A stretch of 64,000 bases of DNA from a bacterium (GTDB lineage Bacteria; Armatimonadota; Zipacnadia; Zipacnadales; Zipacnadaceae). Position 1 is the first letter of the stretch. Each line of letters begins with the position of its first letter. The stretch spans positions 11,847-75,846 of the forward strand of contig JAUWYY010000006.1 in NCBI GenBank assembly GCA_030615605.1, in the 5' to 3' direction. The notes beneath the pieces were generated by a model that was not told the origin of the DNA, searched no databases, and worked only from the letters and a program-made list of their open reading frames with translations. Shown in pieces: positions 51,177 through 61,400 of the stretch. Position numbers and translations under genes: made by a program.

Positions 51177-51602
51177 ATGTGGATTGCACTGGCAGTGCTG
51201 CTGATCGCGATAATGCTAGGGGCGGCTGGTCAGATCTGCCTGAAATTTGGCCTGGGCAAGCTGAATTCCCAGGCGGTATTCGTGGTTATCACGGCGATGT
51301 TCCGCGACTGGTATGTGTTGGCTGGCTTTATTGCTTACGGCGTCAGCTCCCTGCTGTACCTGTTCGTGCTGTCCCGGCTGGATGTAAGCTATGCCTACCC
51401 CTTTGTTGCGATAAACTACGTCTTTGTCACCTTCCTGGCGTGGCTTATTCTGAAGGAAGCGGTGCCGGCACTGCGACTGGTTGGCTTGGCCATAATCTGT
51501 ACGGGAGTTCTGGTATTGGCTGTCAGCTATAGAGGTCCCCAACCAGGCTTAGGGGATAACCCCGGCACTGCTGCCATCGAAAGGCCAGTCAATCAGGGAT
51601 AG
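51177..51602 (+). CDS. small 4-TM DMT/SMR-like membrane protein (ArnE/ArnF- or GtrA-like flippase candidate)
   Basis: 141 aa from ATG 51177; 4 predicted TM helices; EamA/SMR-like motifs (LGAAGQICLKFGL; AYPFVAINYVFVTFLAWLILKE). Confidence 0.5.
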   Translation: MWIALAVLLIAIMLGAAGQICLKFGLGKLNSQAVFVVITAMFRDWYVLAGFIAYGVSSLLYLFVLSRLDVSYAYPFVAINYVFVTFLAWLILKEAVPALRLVGLAIICTGVLVLAVSYRGPQPGLGDNPGTAAIERPVNQG

Positions 51603-51669
51603 CCGGGCCTGTCGGCACTTGCTTGGTTCACCAGCGCACCGGCACTTCGTCACTGCCGGAGGAGTATAA

Positions 51670-53811
51670 GTGGCCCAACGCAGCAACGGTAAATATCTGC
51701 CTCTGGTAGCAGTTGCCATCCTGGCCGCGGTTACTGCTGGTTTTTGGGCCCCGTGCCTGTTCTTCGGTAGAGTTCCCGCCACCGTCCAGCATCAGAGCTG
51801 GATGGAGCCGTGGCGCGGAGCCGACGCGCCAGCACTGCCAGCCCGGCAGTGGGATCCGCTGCTGTGGGATAGTGTAGCGCAGTTCTATCCGTGGCGAGTG
51901 TTGTTGCGGCGAGGATTGTGCAGCGGCGAGCTGCCGCTGTGGTCTCCCTATCAGTACTGCGGATACCCCCTGGTGGGCAACGGGCAATCGGGAATATTCT
52001 ATCCTCCCAATTGGCTGCTGCTCATTTTGCCGGCAGCAAAGTTTCTGGGAGTTAGTCTGGCCCTGCATTTTTTCATCGTCAGCCTGCTGACCTTCTACTT
52101 CTGTCGCCTGCTGAGGCTGTCAGTCATCCCCGCGCTCTTTGCCGCCCTGGCCTTCTCATATGGCGGGTTTATGATAGCGTGGGCGTTGCTGCCGACATTG
52201 GTGGCCAGTGCGATATGGTTGCCGGGCGCGCTTGCTGGCATTGAACTGACTCAGCGCGGGCGACGGTGCAGGGGTATAGTGCTGCTGGCAGCAAGCCTGG
52301 GTCTGACTCTGCTGGCTGGACATATGCAGATTGCAGCCTATGTGTGGATGAGCGCCGGGGTATATGGCCTGGGCCGGATGCTGTACAATCTGTGGCACAA
52401 GCAATCAGCAGTCTGGTGGCCGATAGCTGCCGGTGCCGGACTGGGACTGATGGTGGGGATGGTGCAGATTCTGCCCACGGTTGAGCTGGGAGTGAATTCG
52501 CCCCGCGGCAGCCAGGTTCCCACCCAACAGGGCTGGCAGTTTCAGCAGCACCGCTCCCTGCGGCCTTTCGAGCTTCTCACCTTCGTTTCACCGGATGCGC
52601 TGGGCACACCGGCCAGCCGGTCGTCCGCCGACCAGTACTGGGGCACCAAATTCGGCATTGTCTACAGTGAGCACTGTGGATTTGCCGGCGTGGTGACGCT
52701 GCTTTTGGCCCTTGTAGCGGTCATCTATCGGCGCGACCGGATTAGCTGGGCCTTCGCTGCCGCTGCGGTTGTGGTGCTATCAGTGATTATGGGCGGGCCG
52801 TTGATGCACCTGCTTTACTTCTGGGTGCCCAAGATCGGGCTGATGGGCAGTTTCACGCGGCTGTTGTTCGTCTATATCTTTCTGGTGGCGGTGTTAGCAG
52901 CGGTGGGCCTGGATCATGTGATGGGCAGAATATCGCTCAATTCGCAGCTTCGCGGCGGCGTTTGTTATCTTCTCGGCGTAGCGTTCATTGCGGTGCTGCT
53001 GTTTGAGATTCTACCCTGGGGGCGACGCTTTATACCGATGCAGCCGGCTACTGATTTGTATCGGCCGACAGAGCTGACCCGTCAGATTCAAAAGTGGTGC
53101 GATCCGACTGAAGGGCGGGTGCTCGCGATCACGCCTCGTCGTGCCTGGAGCCTGCTGCATACGCCCAACGCTGTGCTGCCGCCCAATTCTGCTACTGTCT
53201 ATGGTTACTTAAGCCCCCAGGGCTACGATTCGCTGTCAATAGATGACTACTACGAGTTTGCCGCGAAGCTGGAACATGAGCCACCGGCGCCGGTGGAGAA
53301 CGGCAATATGATGTTGCTGGAGAACTACAATTCTCCATTGTTGGCAAGAACAGGGGTGAAATGGGTCGTGGCGATGGCGCCATTGCAGGTTCCTGAGCTA
53401 GCGATGATCTGGCACGGCGAAGGTACCTATCTGTATCGAGTCAAGGGCCCAAATCGGTTCCATGTGTTTGGCAGGGAAGGTAACCCGGTTGAACCTATTG
53501 CTGCGCGTACGGGTCTTAATTATGTGAAGTTGCGGCTGCCGCCCTCCTCCGCTGCCCGTGTGGTAGTAGCTCGCGACACGTGGTATCCGGGTTGGCACTA
53601 CTTTGTGGATGGGCGCCCGGCAGTTGCCCGCCAACATCTGGGAGTCTTCCGCCGACTGGAGCTTGCCGGCGGTGCTCAGTCCGTGCTTATGGTATACTAT
53701 CCGGCCACTGTACTGTGGGGACTGTTTGTGACGCTGGTCACGACTGGGGCGCTGGCAGCGGTGGCGAGCGGGTGTTGGATGACAGCGCGGATGAGTTGTT
53801 CACGGAGCTGA
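51670..53811 (+). CDS. YfhO-family polytopic membrane protein (GT-C-like glycosyltransferase candidate)
   Basis: 713 aa, >10 TM, N-terminal YfhO-like signature (WDSVAQFYPWRVLL...LPLWSPY..GYPL...QSGIFYPPNWL), large C-terminal extracytoplasmic domain. GTG start with GGAGGA RBS. Confidence 0.6.
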   Translation: MAQRSNGKYLPLVAVAILAAVTAGFWAPCLFFGRVPATVQHQSWMEPWRGADAPALPARQWDPLLWDSVAQFYPWRVLLRRGLCSGELPLWSPYQYCGYPLVGNGQSGIFYPPNWLLLILPAAKFLGVSLALHFFIVSLLTFYFCRLLRLSVIPALFAALAFSYGGFMIAWALLPTLVASAIWLPGALAGIELTQRGRRCRGIVLLAASLGLTLLAGHMQIAAYVWMSAGVYGLGRMLYNLWHKQSAVWWPIAAGAGLGLMVGMVQILPTVELGVNSPRGSQVPTQQGWQFQQHRSLRPFELLTFVSPDALGTPASRSSADQYWGTKFGIVYSEHCGFAGVVTLLLALVAVIYRRDRISWAFAAAAVVVLSVIMGGPLMHLLYFWVPKIGLMGSFTRLLFVYIFLVAVLAAVGLDHVMGRISLNSQLRGGVCYLLGVAFIAVLLFEILPWGRRFIPMQPATDLYRPTELTRQIQKWCDPTEGRVLAITPRRAWSLLHTPNAVLPPNSATVYGYLSPQGYDSLSIDDYYEFAAKLEHEPPAPVENGNMMLLENYNSPLLARTGVKWVVAMAPLQVPELAMIWHGEGTYLYRVKGPNRFHVFGREGNPVEPIAARTGLNYVKLRLPPSSAARVVVARDTWYPGWHYFVDGRPAVARQHLGVFRRLELAGGAQSVLMVYYPATVLWGLFVTLVTTGALAAVASGCWMTARMSCSRS

Positions 53812-53818
53812 AGAGCGG

Positions 53819-55561
53819 TTGGACGAGACTATGCAGGCAGAAAAGCCAGGTAAAGTCAGCCGCAATGAGTGGTTGCTGGTACTGGGCATAGCCGCCGGCG
53901 TTATGATTCTGACGGTACTGCCATATGCCAGGGCCGTTCAGATGGCCGGCGCGGGCGAGTATTTTTGCGGTTTTCTGTGGGGGGTGGACGAGGGTAATGT
54001 CTACCTGGCCTGGCTGCGACAGGCCGCCGCAGGCCGGTGGTTGCTGGCAAATCAGTACACCATAGCCCCTCAGAACCCACACTTCTTCAATATCTTTCTA
54101 ATCCTGCTGGGTAGGTTCTCCGCCCTCACTGGCCTGGCGCCGATCGTGGTATTTCACCTGGCTCGCTTCCTGGGTGGGATGTTTCTGTTATGGGCATTTT
54201 ACCTGCTGGCGGCAGAGATAACCGCGAGCCGTAGAATCCGCCTGGCCGCGCTATTGATAGCAGCGCTATCGTCGGGTCTGGGGTGGATTGTCTATCTGCA
54301 GGCTAAAATGTCGGACCTGCCCCTGGGCGCATGGGACGGCCTTCGACCGATGGATGTAGCCTACGGCTGGCAGGCCCAGCCCGAGGCGGTGACCTTTCTG
54401 TCACTGCTGCTCAATCCGCTGTTTGTCACCTCAATGGGGCTGCTGTGTCTGGTATTCCGCTACGGGCTGCGGGCTGCGCGCGCCCTGGGGCTGCGCAATG
54501 CGGTCGTCAGTGGGATATTGCTGTTGATTCTGGGCAATGTTCACACCTATGATGTACTCATTGTCTATTTGGCCTTGTTTGCCTGGTTTATGTTGGTCGC
54601 TGTCCAGGGCGCAATCACATGGCGGATGGCGGCCAGCCGGTATGCGGTGATCGCCCTGTTGGGTCTGCCCGGGCCGCTGTGGGCCTACTATACGATGCAT
54701 CTCGATCCGGCCTACTCACAGAAGGCGGCCACTGTGACCCGATCGGCAACGCCCTGGGATTATGCCATAGGCTACGGCCTTGTTTTTCTGCTGGCGCTGG
54801 TCGGGACAGTTGTGATTATTCGCTTGCGTAGGACAGCCGCTGGTGAGGCGGGGGAAAAGTTCAACAGGGAGCTGCTCTTTCCGATAGTCTGGGCCGTTTT
54901 GGGCTTTGGGCTACTGTACTTGCCAGTGTCGTTTCAGCGCAAGCTCATCGAAGGGCTGCATCTGCCGCTGTGCCTTCTGGCAGCCGTTGCGCTGGTTGAG
55001 CTGCACCGGTGGCTGGCCGGCCGGGTCTCATTTACTCTGGTATTGGTTGTGTTTCTGCTAGTGACTGTGCCATCGAATGTGCTGTTCTTGGCGGATTGTT
55101 TTGATCACTTGGCTGTCAATAACGTGGACCTGCTGCGCTACCTGATGCCTCCGGCCTATCTATCGAAGGCTGAGAAGACAGCGTTGAACTGGCTGGAGGC
55201 TAATGCCCCGGACGGTGCAGTAGTGCTATCTTCTTCGCTGACGGGGAGTCACATTCCCGCACATACTCCGTGTCGGGTGGTGGCTGGGCACTGGGCCGAG
55301 ACGCTCAAATTCGGGGAGATGCTGCAATTGGTCGGCCATTTCTACTGGCCGGGCCGGGAGCCGTCGGTGCGCCGCCAGATCCTGCGCAGAACTGGCGCAG
55401 ATTTCGTCTACTACGGCCCCCAGGAACAGCTTCTTCAGCAGGGCATGGCGGCTGGAGGACAGTTTGCGCTGGAGGCACAGTGGGACCCCAGTGTTGGTCT
55501 GCGCGAGCTTGAAATCGCGTTTGTTGGTGATGGCTTGCGAATATACCGAGTAGACGACTGA
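53819..55561 (+). CDS. second polytopic membrane protein, GT-C/YfhO-like glycosyltransferase candidate
   Basis: 580 aa, about 12 TM, periplasmic C-terminal domain; starts 8 nt after the previous gene (TTG 53819 or ATG 53831). Confidence 0.45.
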   Translation: MDETMQAEKPGKVSRNEWLLVLGIAAGVMILTVLPYARAVQMAGAGEYFCGFLWGVDEGNVYLAWLRQAAAGRWLLANQYTIAPQNPHFFNIFLILLGRFSALTGLAPIVVFHLARFLGGMFLLWAFYLLAAEITASRRIRLAALLIAALSSGLGWIVYLQAKMSDLPLGAWDGLRPMDVAYGWQAQPEAVTFLSLLLNPLFVTSMGLLCLVFRYGLRAARALGLRNAVVSGILLLILGNVHTYDVLIVYLALFAWFMLVAVQGAITWRMAASRYAVIALLGLPGPLWAYYTMHLDPAYSQKAATVTRSATPWDYAIGYGLVFLLALVGTVVIIRLRRTAAGEAGEKFNRELLFPIVWAVLGFGLLYLPVSFQRKLIEGLHLPLCLLAAVALVELHRWLAGRVSFTLVLVVFLLVTVPSNVLFLADCFDHLAVNNVDLLRYLMPPAYLSKAEKTALNWLEANAPDGAVVLSSSLTGSHIPAHTPCRVVAGHWAETLKFGEMLQLVGHFYWPGREPSVRRQILRRTGADFVYYGPQEQLLQQGMAAGGQFALEAQWDPSVGLRELEIAFVGDGLRIYRVDD

Positions 55562-55637
55562 CGGTAGAGCAGGCATCTGCGATTGCGGGCCATCGAACTT
55601 CCCAGGCTCTGAGGTGTCTATATAGGTGGAGGCTCAG

Positions 55638-56777
55638 ATGAGACGATTTTGTAATCACAAAACGCTGCTTGGCGCTACACTGCTGCTGACACTGGTCGCA
55701 GTACCGGCGGCTGCTCGTGAGTGGAGCGAGGAGTACGAAAAGAAGGTGGGCGATAGGGCGGTTGAAGCTGTCCTGGAAGAGTATGAGGTATACGAAGACG
55801 AGGAAGCCAAGCAGCACATTGAGCAGATAGCCGCGCGGCTGACGCCCCACACTCAACGTCCGGAGCTTAAGTACACGGTCTACTTGCTGGACAGTGAAGA
55901 AGCCAACGCCTTCACCGTGCCGGGAGGGCATGTCTTTGTCACCAAGGCGCTCCTCGAGGACATCGAATCTGAGGCGCAGCTTGCTGGCATCATAGCTCAC
56001 GAGATGGCCCACAATTGCACATACGACTCGCTTGACCAGCTCAAGCGCGCCCAGGATATGTCTTTGGCCACGGCGGCGGCCGTTCTGGTGGCTGTGCTCA
56101 CTGGGCGGGGTGATGAAGCTACTTACGGGGCGTTGGTCATGGGAGAGCTGGTCACCCGAGGGGTGCTGTCCACGTATTCGATTGAGATTGAGAGCCGGGC
56201 CGATCGCAATAGTGCTCACTATCTGATAGAGGCTGGTTACAATCCGGTCGGGCTGTTAACGTTTATGGAAGAGTTGGCTCGCGAAGAACGCCAGAGTCGT
56301 AATCCCAATCTGGGCATCTTTCAGACTCACCCGCTGTCCAGGAAGCGGATCGCCGATCTGATTGATCTGTTGAACGAGGCTGGTGTGGACATTAACCGGC
56401 GCGCCGTTACCAAGTGGGACCCGCCGGTTGTGGAAGCTGGCCAGGTCAATGACAGGCCGGTACAGATATTGAAGCTGTGGGGTCAGCGGCTGTTGGCGTT
56501 CGATTATGGGCCGGACCCGACAGACGTGGAGTCGCGGGGACAACATATAGTCGAGGTATTGACGCGGCTCTTGCGCGAGGGCGTGGACGCTTACGAATTT
56601 GGGCTGACCCGCGATGACGAGGGGCACACTGCCGTAGTTGCGCGCGGGGAGATAGTGCTCACCGTCTACCGGGAAGATGCTGATTTGGTGGGCAAATCAA
56701 TCGGGGATGCCGCCATTGAAGTAACCCAGAACATCAGGCGGGCATTGTTCAAGGAGCGAATTGACCGGCTCTACTAA
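55638..56777 (+). CDS. M48-family zinc metalloprotease (BepA/YcaL-like), secreted
   Basis: Signal peptide (MRRFCNHKTLLGATLLLTLVAVPAAA), HEMAHN (HExxH) motif, and downstream E in ...ESRAD... Confidence 0.7.
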   Translation: MRRFCNHKTLLGATLLLTLVAVPAAAREWSEEYEKKVGDRAVEAVLEEYEVYEDEEAKQHIEQIAARLTPHTQRPELKYTVYLLDSEEANAFTVPGGHVFVTKALLEDIESEAQLAGIIAHEMAHNCTYDSLDQLKRAQDMSLATAAAVLVAVLTGRGDEATYGALVMGELVTRGVLSTYSIEIESRADRNSAHYLIEAGYNPVGLLTFMEELAREERQSRNPNLGIFQTHPLSRKRIADLIDLLNEAGVDINRRAVTKWDPPVVEAGQVNDRPVQILKLWGQRLLAFDYGPDPTDVESRGQHIVEVLTRLLREGVDAYEFGLTRDDEGHTAVVARGEIVLTVYREDADLVGKSIGDAAIEVTQNIRRALFKERIDRLY

Positions 56778-56812
56778 GCGCGACTTGGGCAGGAGATAGG
56801 CTCTTCCCATCT

Positions 56813-57634
56813 TCATTCGTTCTGGTCCCGGCGGCGGGGGACAATGCCACTGACGTCTCTGGCCTTCATCCACTCTTCCTCCACTGAGATTACTACCTCC
56901 GGCGCGCGGAATTCCTCACCCTTCTTTGTAGTAACCCGGACGTTTCCGGTGAGAGTGATAATATCGGTCAGCTCTTCGTAGACGGCCGCCTCCGCCCAGA
57001 CCGTCTTGTCCTCCTGAACGGCCTTTACCGGCCCGCTCAGCGTCATCTTCTTGACGTCGTCATTGTACTCGTACACTATCTTCGGACAGGTGATGGTGGT
57101 CTTTTTGCGGCGGTACTCCTCGAACTTGCTGGGCTTTTCTTCTTCGTCCCCAGAGCTTTCAGCTTCCTCCACCTTTTTTTGCGCCACTACTGTTATGTTT
57201 CCGGTGACGGTGGCGACCTCCGTGTCGAAGTTGGCTGTCGCTATATCTCCGGTGATCGTCGCCTCCGGGTCTACGATGCACAAATGACCGGTGGCCCGGG
57301 CAGTATCATTGACTTCATCATACCAGGCTTCGTCGCAATACATCTTGACATCCTGGTGACTGAAGACGACACTGCCCGATAGATAATACATCTCCTTGTC
57401 TGCCTCGTACTGCAACAGGTCGGCGTGTTCAATCTTGACAATATCGTCGGCCTCAGGCTTTGTTACGGTGTCTTTGCTCTCGGGGGACGGAGTCTGAAGT
57501 TCTGGAGGTGTGGGCGGCGCCGGGGTCTCCTCATTATCTGCGTTCTGGGCGGCCATTGGCAAAGATAGCACCGCCAGCACGCACAGAAACAGCAGCACAG
57601 CGCTGAGTGCAGTAGCCGGTCTCAAGTATCTCAT
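56813..57634 (-). CDS. LptA/OstA-like periplasmic protein
   Basis: Signal peptide, Pro/Glu-rich linker, then repeated beta-jellyroll OstA-like segments (..TGNVRVT.., ..LSGPVKAVQEDKTVWAEAAVYEE..). Confidence 0.55.
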   Translation of the reverse strand: MRYLRPATALSAVLLFLCVLAVLSLPMAAQNADNEETPAPPTPPELQTPSPESKDTVTKPEADDIVKIEHADLLQYEADKEMYYLSGSVVFSHQDVKMYCDEAWYDEVNDTARATGHLCIVDPEATITGDIATANFDTEVATVTGNITVVAQKKVEEAESSGDEEEKPSKFEEYRRKKTTITCPKIVYEYNDDVKKMTLSGPVKAVQEDKTVWAEAAVYEELTDIITLTGNVRVTTKKGEEFRAPEVVISVEEEWMKARDVSGIVPRRRDQNE

Positions 57635-58326
57635 TGTTGGCGCAGCTCCTTGAGCTTTTCTTTGGCTTCTTCGGCGTGGAAGATCATCTGGATCTTCTCC
57701 AGCCGGAAGTTGCCGGTAGCGACATTGTATTCCAGATTCCCGCCCACTACGGTGTTATCCCCCGCGTACATTGTGACCTGTCCGGGACATTTGACCAGAT
57801 CCTGGGCCACAAAATAATCCAGGCCGCTGGTCATAATAATGGCCTGTTTGTTCTTCACCTCCACGGCATCGGGGCATGAAAGCAATTGTTGCTCCTGATT
57901 CCAACTCAGCTTGTCCGTGGTGATGATTGCCGCTCGGTAGGAGACCACCCGTACATTCCCGCTTACCTCAAAGTCACGGTGACCAGTGTGGCCGGTGATC
58001 GTGTCGGCGGTCAGGCGCACCAGCGGCTCTCCGGCCTTGCCGTAGATGATGGCCTCTTCCAGACCCTTGGCTTCAATCATTTGACCGCCCGCGGCGATAT
58101 AAAGTTCCCGAAGCTGGGCCTGCCAGGCCAATTGGCCCTTCTCCATATGCTTGAGCACCGGCCGCTGGACGGTTATTCCGGGTTGCTGCTGGGTCTGCGC
58201 AGGTGCCGATTCTTGAGATGGGCGGGGCCAAGTAAGTGCCACTACCGCTCCCAGCACAGCGCATCCCACAATGATAACTGCGCCGATCAGCTTCCGGTTG
58301 GGTTGGCGCCGAGCTTCCTCATCCAT
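57631..58326 (-). CDS. LptC-like membrane-anchored protein
   Basis: 231 aa; N-terminal TM anchor (LIGAVIIVGCAVLGAVVALTW) followed by a LptC/OstA-type beta-jellyroll region; 4-nt overlap with the LptA-like gene. Confidence 0.45.
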   Translation of the reverse strand: MDEEARRQPNRKLIGAVIIVGCAVLGAVVALTWPRPSQESAPAQTQQQPGITVQRPVLKHMEKGQLAWQAQLRELYIAAGGQMIEAKGLEEAIIYGKAGEPLVRLTADTITGHTGHRDFEVSGNVRVVSYRAAIITTDKLSWNQEQQLLSCPDAVEVKNKQAIIMTSGLDYFVAQDLVKCPGQVTMYAGDNTVVGGNLEYNVATGNFRLEKIQMIFHAEEAKEKLKELRQQ

Positions 58327-58455
58327 TGTGCTGGTGGTATTCTACCACAAGCCGAGATTACTGAGAAGTATCAGTGGCCATCTGCTCTGGCGAGCTACGG
58401 CGCAGCAAGCTCAATGCAGCGCCATCCTGTGCCTTGTGCGCCAGGGCGCAGGTAG

Positions 58456-61400
58456 CTACTCCTCGATCTGGAGGATGTCGTCGCTGTCCAACTCCTGGTC
58501 GCTACCCTCTAGCCAGGTGGCGAACAATACCTGGGCCTCCCGTTTGGTCAGTGCCCGATCGGCCAGGGCATCGCGCAGTTGGCCAAAGTCGCGGGGGATG
58601 AGTGTTTTGCCGGCCAGCACGCGGTTGATGTGGCCGATGACGTCATCAGTAAGCAGCGACAGGATCTGCCGCGGGCTGGGCTGGTCGGAGAGGCCGACGA
58701 TGGCCTGCAGTTTGCTGGCTACCTCGGTTCTGGGTGGCAGCGCCTGTGCGTAGATGTTGAGCTTCTCGCGCAGGCTGGGGCCACTTAGTGCGGAGAAGTA
58801 CTGATCCAGGCCCTCCTGAGTAGCTTCTTGAAGCTGCTGGACCGGTGGCAGTTGCAGTTCCTGCCCGAGCCGCAGGCGGCACTGTGGGCATATCGGCTGC
58901 TGGCCCAAGTCCTCACCCAGGTTGGGATTATGGCAGCAGCGGGCTATCAAATTCTCTATGATCTCGCCAATCTGGGCGGCATCATACTCGACTTGTATAT
59001 CCAGGCCCTGGAGCTGAGACAGAGCGCGGAAGTCCGGACTGGCGCGGAATCGGCGGTAGTGCTCAAAGGCGGGATTGCGGTGGGCCTGGCTGTGCCAGTT
59101 AAGATAATGACGCTTGTATCGGGTCAGAAAGATCTGCACAGCGCGGTGAAAGGCGAGCTGGTTGCGGATTATCTCCTCGCCGCTTTCCACAGCTTCCAGC
59201 AGCTCGTCTCGCCGGTGGGGAAGTTGCCCGGTATCGGGCAACTGCAGCAGCGAGCTGGTGACATACTGCTTAACCTTGATCAACTCCGGACCGAGCCGCT
59301 GGAGGAATTCCTCCAAACCGTCAACACGCCGCAGCAGCTTGCGCAACAGCATACTCTCATCATCATTGTCCAGGTGCGGCTCCAGCCCGGCGACGAATTC
59401 GCTGATGCCCTCGGAGCTGGCCTTGTTGGGATCGATCATTTCGTAGAATTCGGTAGCTGCATCCAGGTCGCGGGCGGCTTTCTCCCACTGCGGGGCTGAC
59501 TGATCCAGTGCCGCAATCAGTTGGTCGAGCTGCTGGCTGATTTGGCTCAAGCGACTCAGTTGCTGCTGTCGGCCAGCGACCAGCTCTTGCCATATCTGGT
59601 GTTGAGTGCGGAGACTGGGGCCAGAGATACCTCTGTCAAGCACCGCCCGGACCACCTTGCTTAGCGCTTGCCAACTGCTCAGCGGCAGCAGAGCGGGTCG
59701 GGCCAGGTAGCGCACGTGGGCGGCAAAGGGTAGTTCAATTTGCTCAAAGCGCAGCGCCCGCTGGTCGGTATCGAGCGCGACCACATATCCCAGTCGCACC
59801 AGCACCGCTGCGGTTAGCTCAAACAGGTGGGGCGGCAGCCCCAGTGGCGACTTGAGCAAGTGCTGGGCCAGGTCGGCACAGGACAGTGGGCGGCCCTGCT
59901 CGTGCTGGGGGGTTTGATCGCGCTGGCGGATGCGCCTCATAATCTCGTCAGCCACTGGACTGTCTGAGACATCAATCCGTAGGTTATCTCCTTCAGCCTC
60001 CACCAATTCAAGCGGGGCAAGGAAGGCTTCGGCCAGCTCGCGGATACTGGAGCCGGGGGGCGCAGTGACTTCTCCGGGCGCGATCAGTCCAGCGATCACG
60101 CGGCTAATCTGGTCTTCACTGGTCAGAACGCGCCGTGGCGCAACGGATGCAAAATCCGGAAACAAGGCGGCGAAACTGGGTGCGCTAACCTGTGCCAGGC
60201 TTGCGAGCCAATCGCCGGCAGTAGCAGGTAGCTGGTCGGCGGGTATAGTATCGCTGCTGAGCGTTGATATCTCTCCATTATAGTAGGCTTCGACGACGAT
60301 CTGGCGCAGTTGGCTCTCCAGCGTCATATACTCCTCGAGCAGGCGTCCGCGCCACGCTCCCTGCAGTTCGACCTCGGGGGGCGGCTGTTGGAGGAGCTGG
60401 TGGCAGGCCGCACATTCTTTGGCAACATCCACCTCCTCAGCAGTCAACGGCCGCGGCAGCCACGCCACCAGTCCACTATGCCAGCGGGCTTTGTCGGCGA
60501 CCTCCTGCAAGTGCGTCCATGCCTGGCGTTGCTCGGCGACTCGCACTAGCTGCCCAATGAAGAGCTGGCAGTCTTCGGGCGTAGCAGGATCGGCCAATTC
60601 CGCCGCGCACGCCCGTAGTTGGGACAGCGTGAGGTTAGAGAGGTTGGCGATCTGGGCGGCCACGCAGCGGAGAGTATTTTCCCAGATGACCTCATAGGGC
60701 TGTTTGCGTGTCAGCTCGGACAGCGGTAAAGCAGGACTGTCAGAGGCGGCTACTATGCGCTGCCACAGGCGCGAGTCGTCACTTGCGAAGGTGCCTTTTA
60801 CAGCGTTCAGCCGCTGGCGCACCAGATTAGTGAGGTTAGTGTGAGCGTCAATCAGGTAGACGGATGATTCGGGTTCCGGTCCGCGGCGAACGTCCACATA
60901 ATTGCTGGAGAGGTGAAGAGCTTCGAGCAGTTGCCGGGCCCGCTCCGCTGGCAAGCGCGCCGCGCCATTCTCGTCCACGCCCAAACATTCGGCAATGGTA
61001 GCTGCCGCCGAGGGTACGTTGCCCAGGCGCAACACTACCATTGCGCGGATTACCTGCAAGGCCACTTGAGGATCTTCGGGCACCAGTTGGTCAATATTGC
61101 GCTGGTAGAAGTCGAGCACTTCGTTGAAATACGGGCTTACCTGCGGATGTGAACCGGTGGCGGTGTGGATGTAATCCACGAGTTCGGCTGGGCCGATGAG
61201 CTCAAAGTCGGCCCGATCCTCGAAAGCCCGCAATCCACCGGCCCGGGCCGGGGCAGCCGCGAATTGCAGCAGGCCGTCGGCGGCTCTCCCGTAGCGTTCG
61301 ATGATAACCTGGATGCATTGATGAGCCAGGGGATGGAGCGGATACGTCTGTTCGAGCTGCTCAGCGCCAAAGCTGGCCTTGCCAAAGGCTGTTTGATACG

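Noticed and set aside
58327-58455. Possible terminator between the large NTPase and the LptC-like gene (TGCGCC-agg-GCGCA)
   Set aside because: The stem is only 6 bp with a 2-3-nt loop and no U-tract, too weak to call. Co-transcription is left open.
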